64,000 bases of DNA from Macrostomum hystrix (GCA_950097015.1 CATNEN010000009.1:248001-312000); one strand, 5' to 3'; positions 1-12,565 are shown, numbered from the stretch's first letter. The notes: a model not told the origin generated them from the letters alone. Translations and numbers: made by a program.

Positions 1-1716
1 ACATTTTAATGTGAAAAGGTGAACATTTCCTTTCTCGTTAGTGCGCCTTTAATAATTTTCCAAGAAACAAAGTGTCCCCTTTCTTTTTCTAGTGGTCCAA
101 GAATATGGAATTATAGACTAACAATTATTTAAGTGGTTATATAGAGGAAAAACCACATATCAGGTCTCATGAGAGTGGTGTGACATATTATGTCAGCAAC
201 CGTGTGGAGTACTAAATCAAAGGTGACTGGGCACTGTGATTGGCTCAGGCTAGATCTCGCATGGCTTCTCTCAAATTTTTCCACTTTGAACCCCTTTCAA
301 CCCTCCCCTCTCCACTACTGGTATTTTAATCACCAGAATTTAATAAGGCACATTGGCGGGAGCCGTGCAGAAGTTGTGAGGTGGTGTCGACAAAAGCATC
401 GAGCACAAAGTTTCTGCTGTTAAGCTAAAATATATGAATTCCTTAGTTGGCTATAGATTCTTGATTTAATACTCTGTTTTAACTGTTGTGGAAGTGAATG
501 ATGGTTCCTCAGGATCAATCCTAGATACTCGGACATAGCAATTTCTGTGCCTGCCTGCTCAGTGACGTTGCTCAGTTGCTCACTTAGACACGATGCCAAA
601 AACCAAGCCGTCTGCAGTAAAAAGCCGGAATTCACCGAAATGTCATTTTTCTCTTTTTCTCACATTACGAGTACAAATAATGCACGAGGCGAATCTGCCT
701 GGTTCTTCTCAGGACAAAGCAAATTGACAAGACACGTTTCGCTTTTAAACATCTGAAATACTCAATGTACATGGATTTTACAGCTCATTACACTGATAAA
801 GTTGTAAGTAAAAGTATACTCGTAGAATCAAGCAGTTAATGAGCGTTAGTGTAGTGACTTTGATAATTCAGCCGTGCCAGGATAGCAGATTTCGAAGGCC
901 AGTCACTGGATGACGCTCACTCCAATGCTGGCCCTATAGACCTGCGCTTCAGACAATTTCAGTCACGCGCTTTGAGTTTGAGTCGCAGAAGTTAAACGAG
1001 AAATATGCTAACTCTAATGAGGCTAAATATTCAAATTTTCATTCGCAAGATTGAGACTGAGTCTCTGACTTGTATCTCGCGGCTGCCATTCCTTCGGGAA
1101 CTAATTAATTGGTTTATCGATCGCATGCAGCCTTAAGATATCTATATTAGTATCCTAAATGTCTGATTCATACCAACGACTCATGGGGCATCGAATTCCA
1201 AGGCATTATAGTCTATTTATAGAAGATCGAGTTAGAGTTATAGTAACGTTTTCCTGACTGTCCTTTTGTACCCACACCCACACCCACACGGTATGGACAT
1301 CAGAACCAAATATTCTGTATGGCTGTTATTTTAAATATACGAGTAGTGTGTGTACATGCTGTAGACTGGATCGAAATCGTGCCTAGAAATTAGAGTCCGA
1401 TTAGAGTTCGAGTTGGATTCTTTCGAACAAGCAGCAAGGTGACACGAATTATTCTTTCCACTATTGCTACTGAGACAGCATTGATAATTTACCTTGCTTG
1501 GTTGCATCGGTGCTGCAAGCAATTAAATTGTTTTGAATTTTGTCCTAGAACTGTTCCGAAAATTAGCCCACCTATGTTTCTAATTGGACAATAAGCCCAG
1601 CCAATAGATTTTCTTCTTTCCCTTTCTACAAAGCCTTACTTTCGATGTCCCCATTCTTCCGATGATTTGCGACCACAAAATTCGGCAGCATCGCCTTTTA
1701 ACCCATTTCTCCAACA

Positions 1717-4700
1717 ATGCCCATGCAGCTACCGCGTCTCATGCTTCCATTGCTCCTTGTTGCCCTCGCCATGGAGTGCAGGGGCAACAGGACAGCGGTG
1801 AATGTGCTAAATATGTGTACTCTGACCCGCCGCGGAGACACTAGGTCCTATGAATACGCCATGAATGCTTTTTTGCCTATGATCAATAACTTAACAAACC
1901 TATTTCCCGACTTTTATCTGGTCATTCACCAGGTGGCTTGCGCTCTAGATGTAAGATTATTTCTTCGTGAGAATTCACGTGAAATCTCATATGAAATTAT
2001 TTGCTTCAGCAGGTTTTAGTAAGAGTTATCGAGAGAGATTTAGGTTTCAGTCGCAAAACGAAGTTTCATTGTGGTGCAACCCTCATGCCGCCAACAGGAC
2101 GACACGGGCAGCGCATCTAAGGCCTTCATCGACGGATACCTAAGCCCACCTAACAAGGCGGTGCTCATCGGCATGGCTGAGGCTCAGCAGTCTCAAGTTG
2201 TAGCCGCTGTGGCTCGCTTTTACTATGTCCCAATGGTAAGTCCGTGAGTCACTGGTCACATACCGTACTCTTCATAAATAATAGCTTTCTCTCATTCTGT
2301 GACTGCGAGTCCGTCCATTCACACTGAACGAGCTCCCTCTGACCCGGTCGTGAACCGGTTTTAAAACCCTTCTTTCGCGTCCTCCACCTTCCAGATCTCG
2401 TACACAAACGCCTCGCCGCAGCTGTCGGACAAGTCGCAGTACCCGACCTTCAGCCGGTTGCAGTTGATACACACTCTGTACAACGAGGAGATTATCCAGA
2501 TCCTGGAGAAGTACAATTGGCGCAACATCGGCCTGCTGATCACGGAGGCAGAGCAGATCTACTCAGTGAGCCCAGGCTAGAGTGGATCTGAATAGATTGT
2601 TAGTGCCAATAACTTTTTAGCTTCTGGCAGTTAGATGACTGAGGTGGATAAATAATTTGTCAGTTTTACAACTGCTTTGTTCTGCTCCATCTTTTAGTAG
2701 TTTAACAAGCAATGAGCAAGGCCTAATGGGCCTAGGCAGACAAAACTTTGATAGATTTGCTAGAAGAACTAACTTTACAAAACTTTTAGCCTATTTTAAG
2801 TCGACGACTCTCACAAGCAGTTTTCTCTCTTTATATCAATTATAAGTATCCAATCACCACACCCAGTTCTTGGAATCAAGCAGTTTCGCAATGTCTACTG
2901 ATGGAAGCTTGTCCATCGACTAATATTTTCGCACATTTAAAATTGAGAAAAGCCATTGAAAACAGGAAATATGCTGTGTTGTGATAGCTCTCTCTCCTCC
3001 CTCCCGAAAGTGACCCAATTCAATGGCGCCACTAATTCCTGCAGCAGATTGCCAGCGGCTGGTTGATGCGATTAAACAGGGGTCATCCATCACAGGAGCT
3101 GCAAGAATCTTGCAAATCAAAAGAGCAACCGCATTTAAATCGTTTCCAACTTTCGACTAGATGGCAGAGTGGAATATCTTCCTCGCGGTGGTCGGAAACA
3201 AGGATTGTGCAAGGCCGATCAGGAAATGAAAGAACTTTTGGTAGAGAAACTCGATGAAAATACTTTCCTGACCCTTAATAAAATTTCTAAACTGCTGCGA
3301 GCAGCATGCGTGCTACAAGTGCGTCGATCGCAAGGCACATCGTTCGAAAATAAAGCAGCTGTAGTATGTGATTTGCGAGACTGGGCGTTGAAAGTGTTTC
3401 TGAAGAAAATCATTAGTTCAATGGGCAATGTTCTCGGTGTTTCCTCTTAGGTCAGCTCGTGAGTCGACAAAATTCAAGCCTTTGTTTTACACGATGCAAT
3501 TTTTTCGCGACTTTATTGAAATTCGCGAAATTAAATTGAGCGCAAACAATGCCGGTTAGACATGCTGTGCAAGCCAGCTAGTCAAACCAGTCAAACGAGG
3601 TGACGTACGGTCGGTGACATACTTAAAAATAAATATTACTGATCGCGATTCTTGCAACTTGTCGCTGTTAAAATGTGCGTCTGTATAAATTATTCACTTA
3701 TTAGGTATATCTACCACATATCTGTTACATGAAAATCCCATATGCATTCGAACCTCTGTTATTTTTTGTAGGTGGGTGTAGACTTTGAGACGAAGCTTGT
3801 TGGACGCAACATTACTGTCGTCTACAAAGCGCTTTTCGCAGACGATTTGCGTGACGGTCTAGTCAGAATGAAGGTTCGTAATTCGTTCACTAATTTGTTG
3901 CTTGAATTAGCTTGCAGGTTGAAAGGGAGATTGGTGAAAATCAAACACATTATTATAAAATAAAAATATCGATCAAAAGAGATGCGTAATCCATAAACCC
4001 CCTCCAAAAAAATCCTTGAAGACACAACGATACACATGCACTTTAACTGCTACATCAATTTCCAGGACATGAACATTCGTATCTTTGTGGCCTTCCGCTA
4101 CGTGAACCAGGAAACTGTTCCTATGGAGTGTCTGGTAAGAATCTACGAGCTTTCTGCAAGGAGTAGAACAGGCTAAACAAGCTCGATCTTAGCTGAGATT
4201 GATCGTTAGGGGTCAAAAAGTAACTGTAAATAGTGCATAATTAATTGAATGTAGAGCGTAGAAAGACATGGAGAGCCGGGTCGTATAACCAGGCTCTTTA
4301 ACAGACTTCATTGATTGACCATAGCACTAAAGAGTGGTTGGGCATGACTGCTAAAATTCTCAATGATTGATAGCTACAAACATAAATACGCTTCGCAGTG
4401 CACACGCACTGTAACACACAAGCCAATCAAAAATGAAATAATAGCAGCGCGCTGACAGACATTTCGTGTTATGCATTTATAAATCCGTGTACATACGAGT
4501 AATATACAAGCTCTAGCTCGACTTCGCTTTTTGTTCCTGTCGTTACTCTTACGATTTAATACGATTTTAACTACTAGCGTAAGAATGGTCTGTAGAACGG
4601 ACGAATCGTTTCCAGATGTGATGAAACGTAAATTTATTAAGTATATAGTTATTCGAGTCACAGTTTGTAAAAGTTAATTATTACATATTCGTTTTTGCTC

Positions 4701-7700
4701 TTCCTTCAACCTACTATCGCTCAGAAAGAAGTAAAGTAATGATAAAACCCATTTTCCCCCAGACGCCTGAGAACGATTTCTCAATAGTATCTCAATTACG
4801 AGTACACGGAATTATAAGAGTAAAAAATTAATGCCAGATTGAGGAGCTGCAACTGCGTGGACCCAAGTACCAGTGGATCTTTAACGGCATGCATGGTCTG
4901 CCCGCCACCGACGCAGTCAGTGTTTCCTGCACCTTGACAGTGCGGGCCAGGGCCGTGGAGAACGCCTTCATATTCGACACGGACATGGCCGACCCGGCCT
5001 ATGTGCCTCCACCCAGCTTTACCGGCTTGGTGAGTGAGATTAGCTTCACTGGCAGGTAGCTGAACCTTTTGTAAAATGGCGGATTGCATGTCGCTCCCAT
5101 CACAGGCTCTAGCTGACATCTATCCAGTATACACAGCAGCCAGCCCAAGCAATGTGAGATTCAACAACGGAACTTTGGCTCGAATCTTCGATACAATGAC
5201 AACGGTGGCCTTGGCTGTAAACAGCACGCTGCAGAAGTACCCATACGACCCGCAGCTTGAGTTAAGAAACTGCAGTTTTAAAGCAGAGCTTTTAAGAAGC
5301 ATTCGAAGGCAGCAGTTTAATGGCATTGAGGTGAAGTTTAAATACTCGCTCTTAAGAATTTTCATGGCTTATTTAACTTAAGATAATCCTGCGTCTCTTA
5401 TATTCTAACTGCAGGGCCCAGTGCGGTTTAACGAATTCGGAGACAGAATCGCCAAAGTTCTGATATTCCAAATTCAAGGTGAAATTGAGCAATGTAATGC
5501 ATAATATTTAAAGCCAAAAGTAAAGCCTGTCGGGAAAAAAAGCGTCAATCTCCATCCCAACCAATCAAACCAATCCCAGACAACGTCGCGGTTCCCATGG
5601 CCTCATTCGAGCCATCGACTGGTCACATTGATTGGAAGGCGCAGCCGAAGTTCGCCAGCGGTGAGCCGCCAGTTGACCGACCGTTGACCATCGATCGGCT
5701 GCTGACCATCGATTCGACTGCCGCGGTCGTCTGCTTTGTATTGGCGGCCATCTGTTCGATGTTCGCCGCTGCCTCTGCTGGCGTCACCATGTTCTACCGG
5801 AATCTGCGCTTGATGAAACTGAGCTCACCTCACGTCAATTTGGCAATCGCGTTTGGCTGCTGCCTCGCCTATGCGAGCTGTGTCGCCATGGCGACCAACG
5901 GAGCGGGTAGTATGAGTAGAAGCGGAGGCGGATCAGTGATTTGCTGGGTAGAGACCTGCTGCTTGTCGTTCGGCTATTCCTGTGCATTCGGAGCCATGTT
6001 TGCCAAGACCTGGCGGGTCCACGTCATCTTCACTAACAAGCGGCTAAAAAGAGTAGTGAGGAATCTACTTTTGTTCAGAGTTTCAAAAATGGAGCACGAG
6101 TTCTGATTACGTAATAAACATTAGGCAGGAAATCACTCTATGCATTTCCTAACCAGCTCATTCAGTTATCTCGCATCGACCACCCGCAGGCCATCAAAGA
6201 TTGGCACCTTTTCTCAATCGTTGGAGCCCTTGTGCTATTGGACACTCTGATCTTCATCTTGTGGGCCACCCTGGATCCGATGATTCTAGCTGAAGTTTAC
6301 TTGCAGTCTGTGGTACGTTCTCAAGTAGATTTTATTGCGACGTTTCAAGGGCGACTGTTTTTATGCTCTCCATTGCAGGAGGACGCTGAGGCAGGGGTGA
6401 TCTACAAGTGGAGAATTCCATTGTGTCGCTGCCGCCTTAGCAGCGTGTGGCAGGGCTTGCTAATTGGCAAGAACGGTGAGTGCCTTTTTTGTTTGTTTAA
6501 AACCACAGCGAAATTATTGGCTTCCCGGCATATCGGTATGCTGACTCGCAATAATGTTTTCAGAAATAACATGCCATAAGTCCAGCTTGCGTTGACTAGT
6601 GTCTAGCTGCTAATGTCTAAATTCGAGTTGGACCGAACTCGAACATCTTTATAATCGTACTTAATCGTATATAAAGTATGTCAATCACTTGGTTTGGGCT
6701 TGCGCAGCTTCTAATGGATACGAGCACACTTGCTCTAATTACGAGCATTATCGTTAGAGCTCGACTTCAAAAGTTCCTCTGTGCGCAGGAGCCTGAAGTA
6801 CATGTATCACTGACAATGTATCACATAAATAATCATCCACAAATCAGTGAAATCAGTGAAAATCAGTGAATAAGTGAAACAGTGAAACAGTGAAACTGTA
6901 GCATATTATCGAATACAGGCACTTTACAGAGTTGACAGCCAATGATGCCTAGTATCCATGGATTATAGCTGCATCGATGATTGAATTCTGTCGTTCAAGG
7001 GGCAAAGTCAAGGCATCAACGTAAGTCTCTTTAGAGCTGGGTGATTCAAACAGCATTTGCTTTCAATGAAAGTTGAACCAGCGCGCTTGACGTCAATCCT
7101 CAGAGCTTCAAGGTATGAGATTATCCCATGGCTCTTAGCGGCGGATTACATACTTTGCAGCCTTGGGGATTTACCAAAAGCCTCAGATTCGCGCTGCCTG
7201 TTTTTGTTACGTGACAATTTTTTGAATTTCTGCCTTAGTTTTCGCTCAATGAGATTAGAATTTTCTCGACCTCGACTATTCCTGATTAGATGATCCAAAG
7301 AACTAGAAAGTTTGATATAAAATCTCATTAATCTCTCAGGTGAGAATGTTACAAGGAGTGGCTAATATCTGTGGATTATGGGCAGGATTAAAGGACCGCT
7401 AAGGAATCTTTTATCTGAGTCTAGATCGCATTTCAAAAACAACGAAACTGTTACGGATGCTGAATGTCGTAAAATAACAAGGGAATTTCGCCATATCGTG
7501 TTTTTATATCGCAAATAATGCAAGGGAATTAAATGACTTGCACTGAAAGCACATTTAAAGCGTCAGACATAAAAAATATTTTTCTACACGAGACACGCAT
7601 ACATATATTTTTCCCCAGTGTGAGTCCCTTTTTATCGGCTGCGTAAATCGCTTGCACTGTCTGACTGTCTGACCCTCTTGACCCAACTGTGCACATGCAC

Positions 7701-9624
7701 CACAGCTCTGTAGTGCCAGGGTTTCTCATGTCGACTGCTCGCCAAGGCCGTTGTGTTTGATGCCGGTTTGTTTAACTCGGCCTTGGCCTCGCCCTTTCTC
7801 AACCTCCTCCCCCCTCCCTGCTCAGGGTGCCCTGAGCCGCCATCTGATTGGCTGGGCGCGGGCATTGTCTGCCAACCCTTACCCCAGCCCTGTGTGGCTT
7901 TGCCCCTCCCGCCAATCAGCTCTGTGTAGCTTTGCCCGTCCACCCGGCCAACGCGTACAACCCTACCCCTCCCTGCGCGCTGGTGGCTTGACTCTGTTTG
8001 TGCAACGCCTCTCCTGTCTGCCCCCCTTGCTGCCCTATTTGTTTGTCATTATCTACCTGTGCCATAGCAACTGCCGTGGCTGCCGTGGCTGTATGTGCCG
8101 CTCCGGCGAACATTAAGATTCGATCTGTAAAGACGGTCTCTTAATGCGAAGTCTTAAGTTATTACAAACAAATACACCGAAATCGTGTCATCCTGCGTTC
8201 CGACCGGTAAGCGCTGCATTCGTGTCTTTCCTGTCGGAGTGCCAGGAGAACTGTATCTTACTGGAAAGTACTGTGTGAGCGTCCTAACGCCATCAGTGCC
8301 AGGCTGAAGCAGAGCGTCCCAACGCCTGGTTCAGTGATTATTCATATTACACTTATTATTATGTAGGCCGGGAATCACAGTCAAAGCGACCACAGTCACT
8401 ACATTACTGTGTCCCATTGCAAGTATCGATAAACACAAATAAATATTTTTTGGCAGTTAGCTGGCAAAGCCTTTTTCTTCCACCACTAAACCGTGACTGG
8501 TCTACACTTAGTATGTCCGAGAACTAGTAGTTTTTTATTAAATTTAAGCCTGTAATTTTCCTACACCTTGATAGTCAGAGATTGCAGACATAAAGTACTT
8601 GAGTTCTACTCTTAAGTAGGTAAATGTAGTTGATCACTAATCAGAATAGCGCAACGTCAACTAAAACTGAGCTTTTTGCGAGTAAGTTGCAAACGGAGAT
8701 TTCAAAATTGCAGAGTAAGTCCATTAACTGGATTTCTAACCGGATTTACACATGTAGGCCTGATCCTGATCTTTGGAATCTTCTTTGCATGGGAGACGCG
8801 CCGAGTCTACGTCGAGGCGCTGAACGACAGCAAGCAGATCGGAATCTGCGTGTACAACACCCTCATCATGGGCGCCATCGGCGTGTCACTCAACTTTGTG
8901 CTGCCCAGTAGCCAGCCGAGTCTGATCTTTGTGCTGACCGCCGTCTGCATTTTCGTGTGCACCACCACCGCTCTGGTGCTCGTGTTTGGCAGCAAGGTGC
9001 GTGAGAACATTTTCTAATGCTTCTAAGTGAGAAATTCATTTAGAGTTTAACTTTAGCTCTGGTCTTATTACTTACATCGACTTACATGAACGTTTTGCGT
9101 GTACTATCCTTTTTAGCAAACGTAATACTCGTTACAAATGAAATGAGCGGAAGTTAAACAGTAGTGTAAACTATTGTATAAACTGACAGTATTTTAGTTT
9201 TTGCATTGACTAAATTTTTGCTTTTGGGAAATACATAAGGGCCGGCACTTGACAAAAAATCTGTGCCAAAACTGATGCAACCGTGGGGTGACGTATGAGA
9301 AATTAGAGACTTTCATTCTATGCAAGTATGGGAGTGCAAAGTAACCAGAAACATTAATTAAGTGCTGATTGTGCTTGTAATAGAAGAGTTGTTCCGTGAT
9401 GCTAAGAGATTAAATATAGCTCTCTTGACATTTTTTAGATTTTCATGCTGATTCAACATGGCCCGTCACGCGTCGACAACCTGGCGATTGCCATGGGAGG
9501 ACCAGACGCTGGTGGTGGTATTCAAGGCAACATCGCTGGCATCAGCGGTACCGGTGAGAGCAGCGAACCGACGGGCCGGTCTAGAGCCGTCATGGTTGTG
9601 CCGGCTGCGGAGTCCAGCAGCTGA
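1717..9624 (+). CDS. GABA-B-receptor-like class C GPCR (signal peptide, Venus flytrap domain, 7TM), ~771 aa, 13 exons
   Basis: Phase-consistent GT-AG join(1717..1950,2098..2235,2395..2565,3772..3873,4066..4134,4838..5029,5106..5330,5415..5478,5580..6055,6190..6312,6379..6475,8758..8996,9439..9624). Family motifs: ISYTNASPQLSDKSQYPTFSRL, GPVRFNEFGDR, LMKLSSPHVN, FGAMFAKTWRVHVIF, FGIFFAWETR, LNDSKQIGICVYN. Seven hydrophobic segments. Confidence 0.9.
3023..3300 (+). mobile_element. Degenerate Tc1/IS630-type transposase N-terminal (paired-like HTH) fragment in GPCR intron 3
   Basis: ATG at 3023 gives MAPLIPAADCQRLVDAIKQGSSITGAARILQIKRATAFK. After a 1-nt frameshift near 3139 it reads VSNFRLDGRVEYLPRGGRKQ...LVEKLDENTFLTLNKISKLL. 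The GRV..PRGGR and EN..LTL..I pattern is typical of Tc1-like transposases. No DDE domain or TIRs found. Confidence 0.7.
6843..6897. repeat. Short 8-9 bp tandem repeat (CAGTGAAA)n in GPCR intron 11
   Basis: atcagtgaaatcagtgaaaatcagtgaataagtgaaacagtgaaacagtgaaac read directly. Confidence 0.8.
8125..8340 (+). ncRNA. Spliced-leader-like sequence followed by splice donor and hairpins (candidate variant SL RNA or SL-derived exon)
   Basis: 8125-8168 CTGTAAAGACGGTCTCTTAATGCGAAGTCTTAAGTTATTACAAA matches 36/44 positions of the Macrostomum lignano SL as recalled (CCGTAAAGACGGTCTCTTACTGCGAAGACTCAATTTATTGCATG). GTAAGC donor at 8207 lies inside a 10-bp stem (8195-8204/8233-8242). Confidence 0.5.
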
Positions 9625-10429
9625 AGCGAAGTGTTAAGCACTGGCAATGATCTGTGTGGACTGATTATTGATTACCTTGAATGCACAGTAGATGGTTTGA
9701 AACAATTGGAATGCGTCAGTCAGTTTTCATCTAGACAATCTGCATAGTCAGTTACTTGAATTGGTACATCAATGAATATTTTACTAGTAGTTAACTCACA
9801 GGATTTTAGAATTTACCTGTATTTTTGCCACTTACATATACTGTAAAATCTAGATGTACGCCCGTACATGTACGTCGAAGGCTCAGAATGACTAGCACTC
9901 GCAGCTTCGAATACGCATTTTCTAGTATACCTGCTGCATTCGAAGCTGCACTACTCTGACCAATGTGACTGTTGATTCAAGGAGTTTTGCGCTATTTAAT
10001 TGTTTTAGACTTTTGGCTCAAATTGCACAAAATGATCTACTTAACTTGTTGTTATCAAGGATATATATGTGACACACGGCAGTTATCAAATTAATATCCT
10101 TGATAACAACTGTAAGTCCGTGTTGAACATTGATATTAGGAATATAATGCTGCCTAGTTTTCCTAATAGGCGTATGAGCGAGCACTTGCCTAGCGAACAT
10201 AGCGACTACTCTTAACTTGTCGCAATTTATCCTATTTTGCATAAATTATAGCACATCCTCGTTGTAGTGTTCATTTCGCACTGCAAATGTTTTTAGCAAA
10301 TCTAAAAATCTGACTGATCTAATGAGATATGAGTATAATATAAAATGTGTAAAAATTGTAAAATCTTGGGAGTACAATTTACAAACAGCAGAATAGCTGG
10401 CTAAAACCACCGCGAGCTCCGGGCTTGGG

Positions 10430-11395
10430 CCAAAGAGGCAGCAGCGGGTGATGATCAGTGATGAGTGATCAGTGCAGGGCAGCAGATCAACAGACAGGCG
10501 GCCGTCTCCTCGCTCTCACCACAGTAACAGCGGGTCTGGAAGGCCCGCAAGGCCGGGCAGGGGTCGGCGGAGGTATGCGGAAGTTGGCGAATCATTTGTG
10601 TGTATTTTTCACGTAATTAAGTACGCACGTTCAAAACGCACGTCTTACGCGCATGATCAGAGACTGGGGCAGCTCCTGCTAGATTGAGGTCTCTAGTCGG
10701 CGGCGGCGATAGGCAGTCCCCGCTGCAGCCGGCATGCCAAGCCAGTGCGCTCGGTCCCGCCATTGCGCAGCCGCTGCGCTGTAGCTTTTTTTCCAGCGGC
10801 CGAGGCCATGGCGTCGGATGGCAGCTTGTACCGCCACAACAAAATCAGCACGGCGTCCTAACCAGCACAAAGCCTTCAAAGGCCTCGTTGCTGGGGATGT
10901 GCGCATGGCCTGGCAAGTGGAAACTAGACGCCACGTGGCCGGCTTGGACGCAAATGATAGTATCAGGCTCAATCAGGACACCGCTGCGACCACCCAGAGC
11001 ACTGTCATTCGCCGCACAGTCAGTCCAGATGATAGTTCGGGGAGGCTAGCATTGCAGCTAGCTGGCTGGGAAGCCAGCCGGAGCCCGAAGGTGATGCAGT
11101 CGAGGTCAGCCTAGGGAGGCATCGGCGGGATGGTCACTCAGTCCCGCAGCGTTGCAGATGCTGGCAGAGACATGAAGACACATAAGCAGCGGTTTGTCGG
11201 CCAGCAGCCTGATGGCGCATGCATCTCCGCCCGACAACCATCGCGCTTCAGCACCACCGCACTGGTGTTACGCGGGCACCCGGGGGATGATGCATGCGCC
11301 CAGTCACTCAGTGCGGTCCAGTTGATCGATAATCGGCTTGCAGGCCGTCGGAATTCGGGCACTGACAATGACAGCGACAATGGCTGTTTGAAATG
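10430..11395 (-). mobile_element. Degenerate 3' part of an RNase H-containing non-LTR retrotransposon (LINE)
   Basis: Minus-strand pieces across frameshifts and stops: IDQLDRTE*LGACI..GCPRNT (post-RT LER.Q...ARIITGC..STP motif), IIWTDCAANDSALGGRSGVLIEPDTIICVQAGHVASSFH (RNase H-like), PCPALRAFQTRCYCGESEETAACLLICCPAL (C-terminal CCHC-type knuckle). Order is as expected for ORF2. Confidence 0.6.
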
Positions 11396-11901
11396 TGATG
11401 GCTTCGTCGACAAACACAATTGGCTGATGGGTGTTCTTAACAGTGTTCAGCATTAGATGACACAGTTCTGTTCGCTGCACAAAGTCGGTTGGCAGCAGTC
11501 GGTGCTTCTTCTCTGCACGATATGCATGCATGTGAAGATCCTGTCTCGCGATTCGCTGCACAGTCGAAGTCGGCATTTCGAGGTCTCGTGAAATTTGTCT
11601 CAGAGATTTTCTCTCACCCCCCCAACTCTGTCATCACGTCAAAAACGCGCTCTTCAGTCCTGACACTGCGAAGTCTGCCACCGTGTCCTTTATGTGACAA
11701 CTGTAAGTTCTTTTTTGTCAGAAACTTTTGTACGAGTTGATGAACATTCTTCTTTGTGCAAAGAGGAATGACAGCAGCGTTTAGTTGAGCATTTCGCCAC
11801 GTGTTGAACTGTCTCGAAGCAGCTGTGGCGCTCTCTACATTTTCTATATTTCGGTAATAGCACTGGATGATCCGAAGACCGAGTTTCTTCTCGCTGGCCA
11901 T
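11395..11901 (-). mobile_element. Truncated mariner-like (DUF4817 HTH type) transposase fragment
   Basis: MASEKKLGLRIIQCYYRN..SATAASRQF...VHQLVQKF...GGRLRSVRTEERV, a frameshift in the C-run near 11610, then RKSLRQISRDLEMPTSTVQRIARQDLHMHAYRAEKKHRLLPTDFVQRTELC...IVFVDEA (first catalytic Asp motif). Similarity is lost after that point. Confidence 0.7.
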
Positions 11902-12281
11902 TGATATTGTGGCGCCGTCGGTCTATCGCGGCCAGGCGCATTGATAGCCTGAGCGTGGGCGGGCACGGTGCCGCCAATGTCCTTTAACTCTTCACTGACC
12001 TATTAATGTACATGCCTATTGTGTGGCACGTGGCCACCGCTCAATAATATCGCACGTTGTACTTGTATCTCGCGTTCTACATAAGTGATGTGACTGATGC
12101 ACAAATATATTATCGTGTTCGCTCCAAACTAACAAACATAAGAGTCACTCTAAACGACACGACAGATATTTTCCGAACTATGCAGCTCCTATGGTCCATG
12201 GGAAAATTTCCCATAACGTCAGAATTATGGCATCTAACTCTGAGCACAGTCTCAGAGTCTATGCTCTGTCCTTTTTCTTAC

Positions 12282-12492
12282 GCAAAATATTGTCTATGGC
12301 CGCCGTCTATGGCAAAGCTTAGCAGAGAAGCTAGCGTACACTTCCAAGCTCAATAAATCAATGAATATATTGTTTACATAAACTACGAGCTAGTATTTGA
12401 CCACACACCGTCTTAGAGTTTAGGTTACGTCATTTTTTAAGCAAAATATTGTCTATAGCTGTGTATGGCAAAGCTTTGCAGAGAAGCAAGCG
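12282..12492. repeat. Degenerate ~55-bp direct repeat pair
   Basis: gcaaaatattgtctatggccgccgtctatggcaaagcttagcagagaagctagcg (12282) vs gcaaaatattgtctatagctgtgtatggcaaagctttgcagagaagcaagcg (12441). Confidence 0.7.
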
Positions 12493-12565
12493 CGGCGCGG
12501 CTGTAACGGGAATACCTGCTATGATTTGAGCGCTATAGACCGTTGTAAAAGATATAAGATCAAAA

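Noticed and set aside
190-1700. Short ORFs upstream of the GPCR
   Set aside because: AT-rich, no homology or coding-like bias; treated as intergenic
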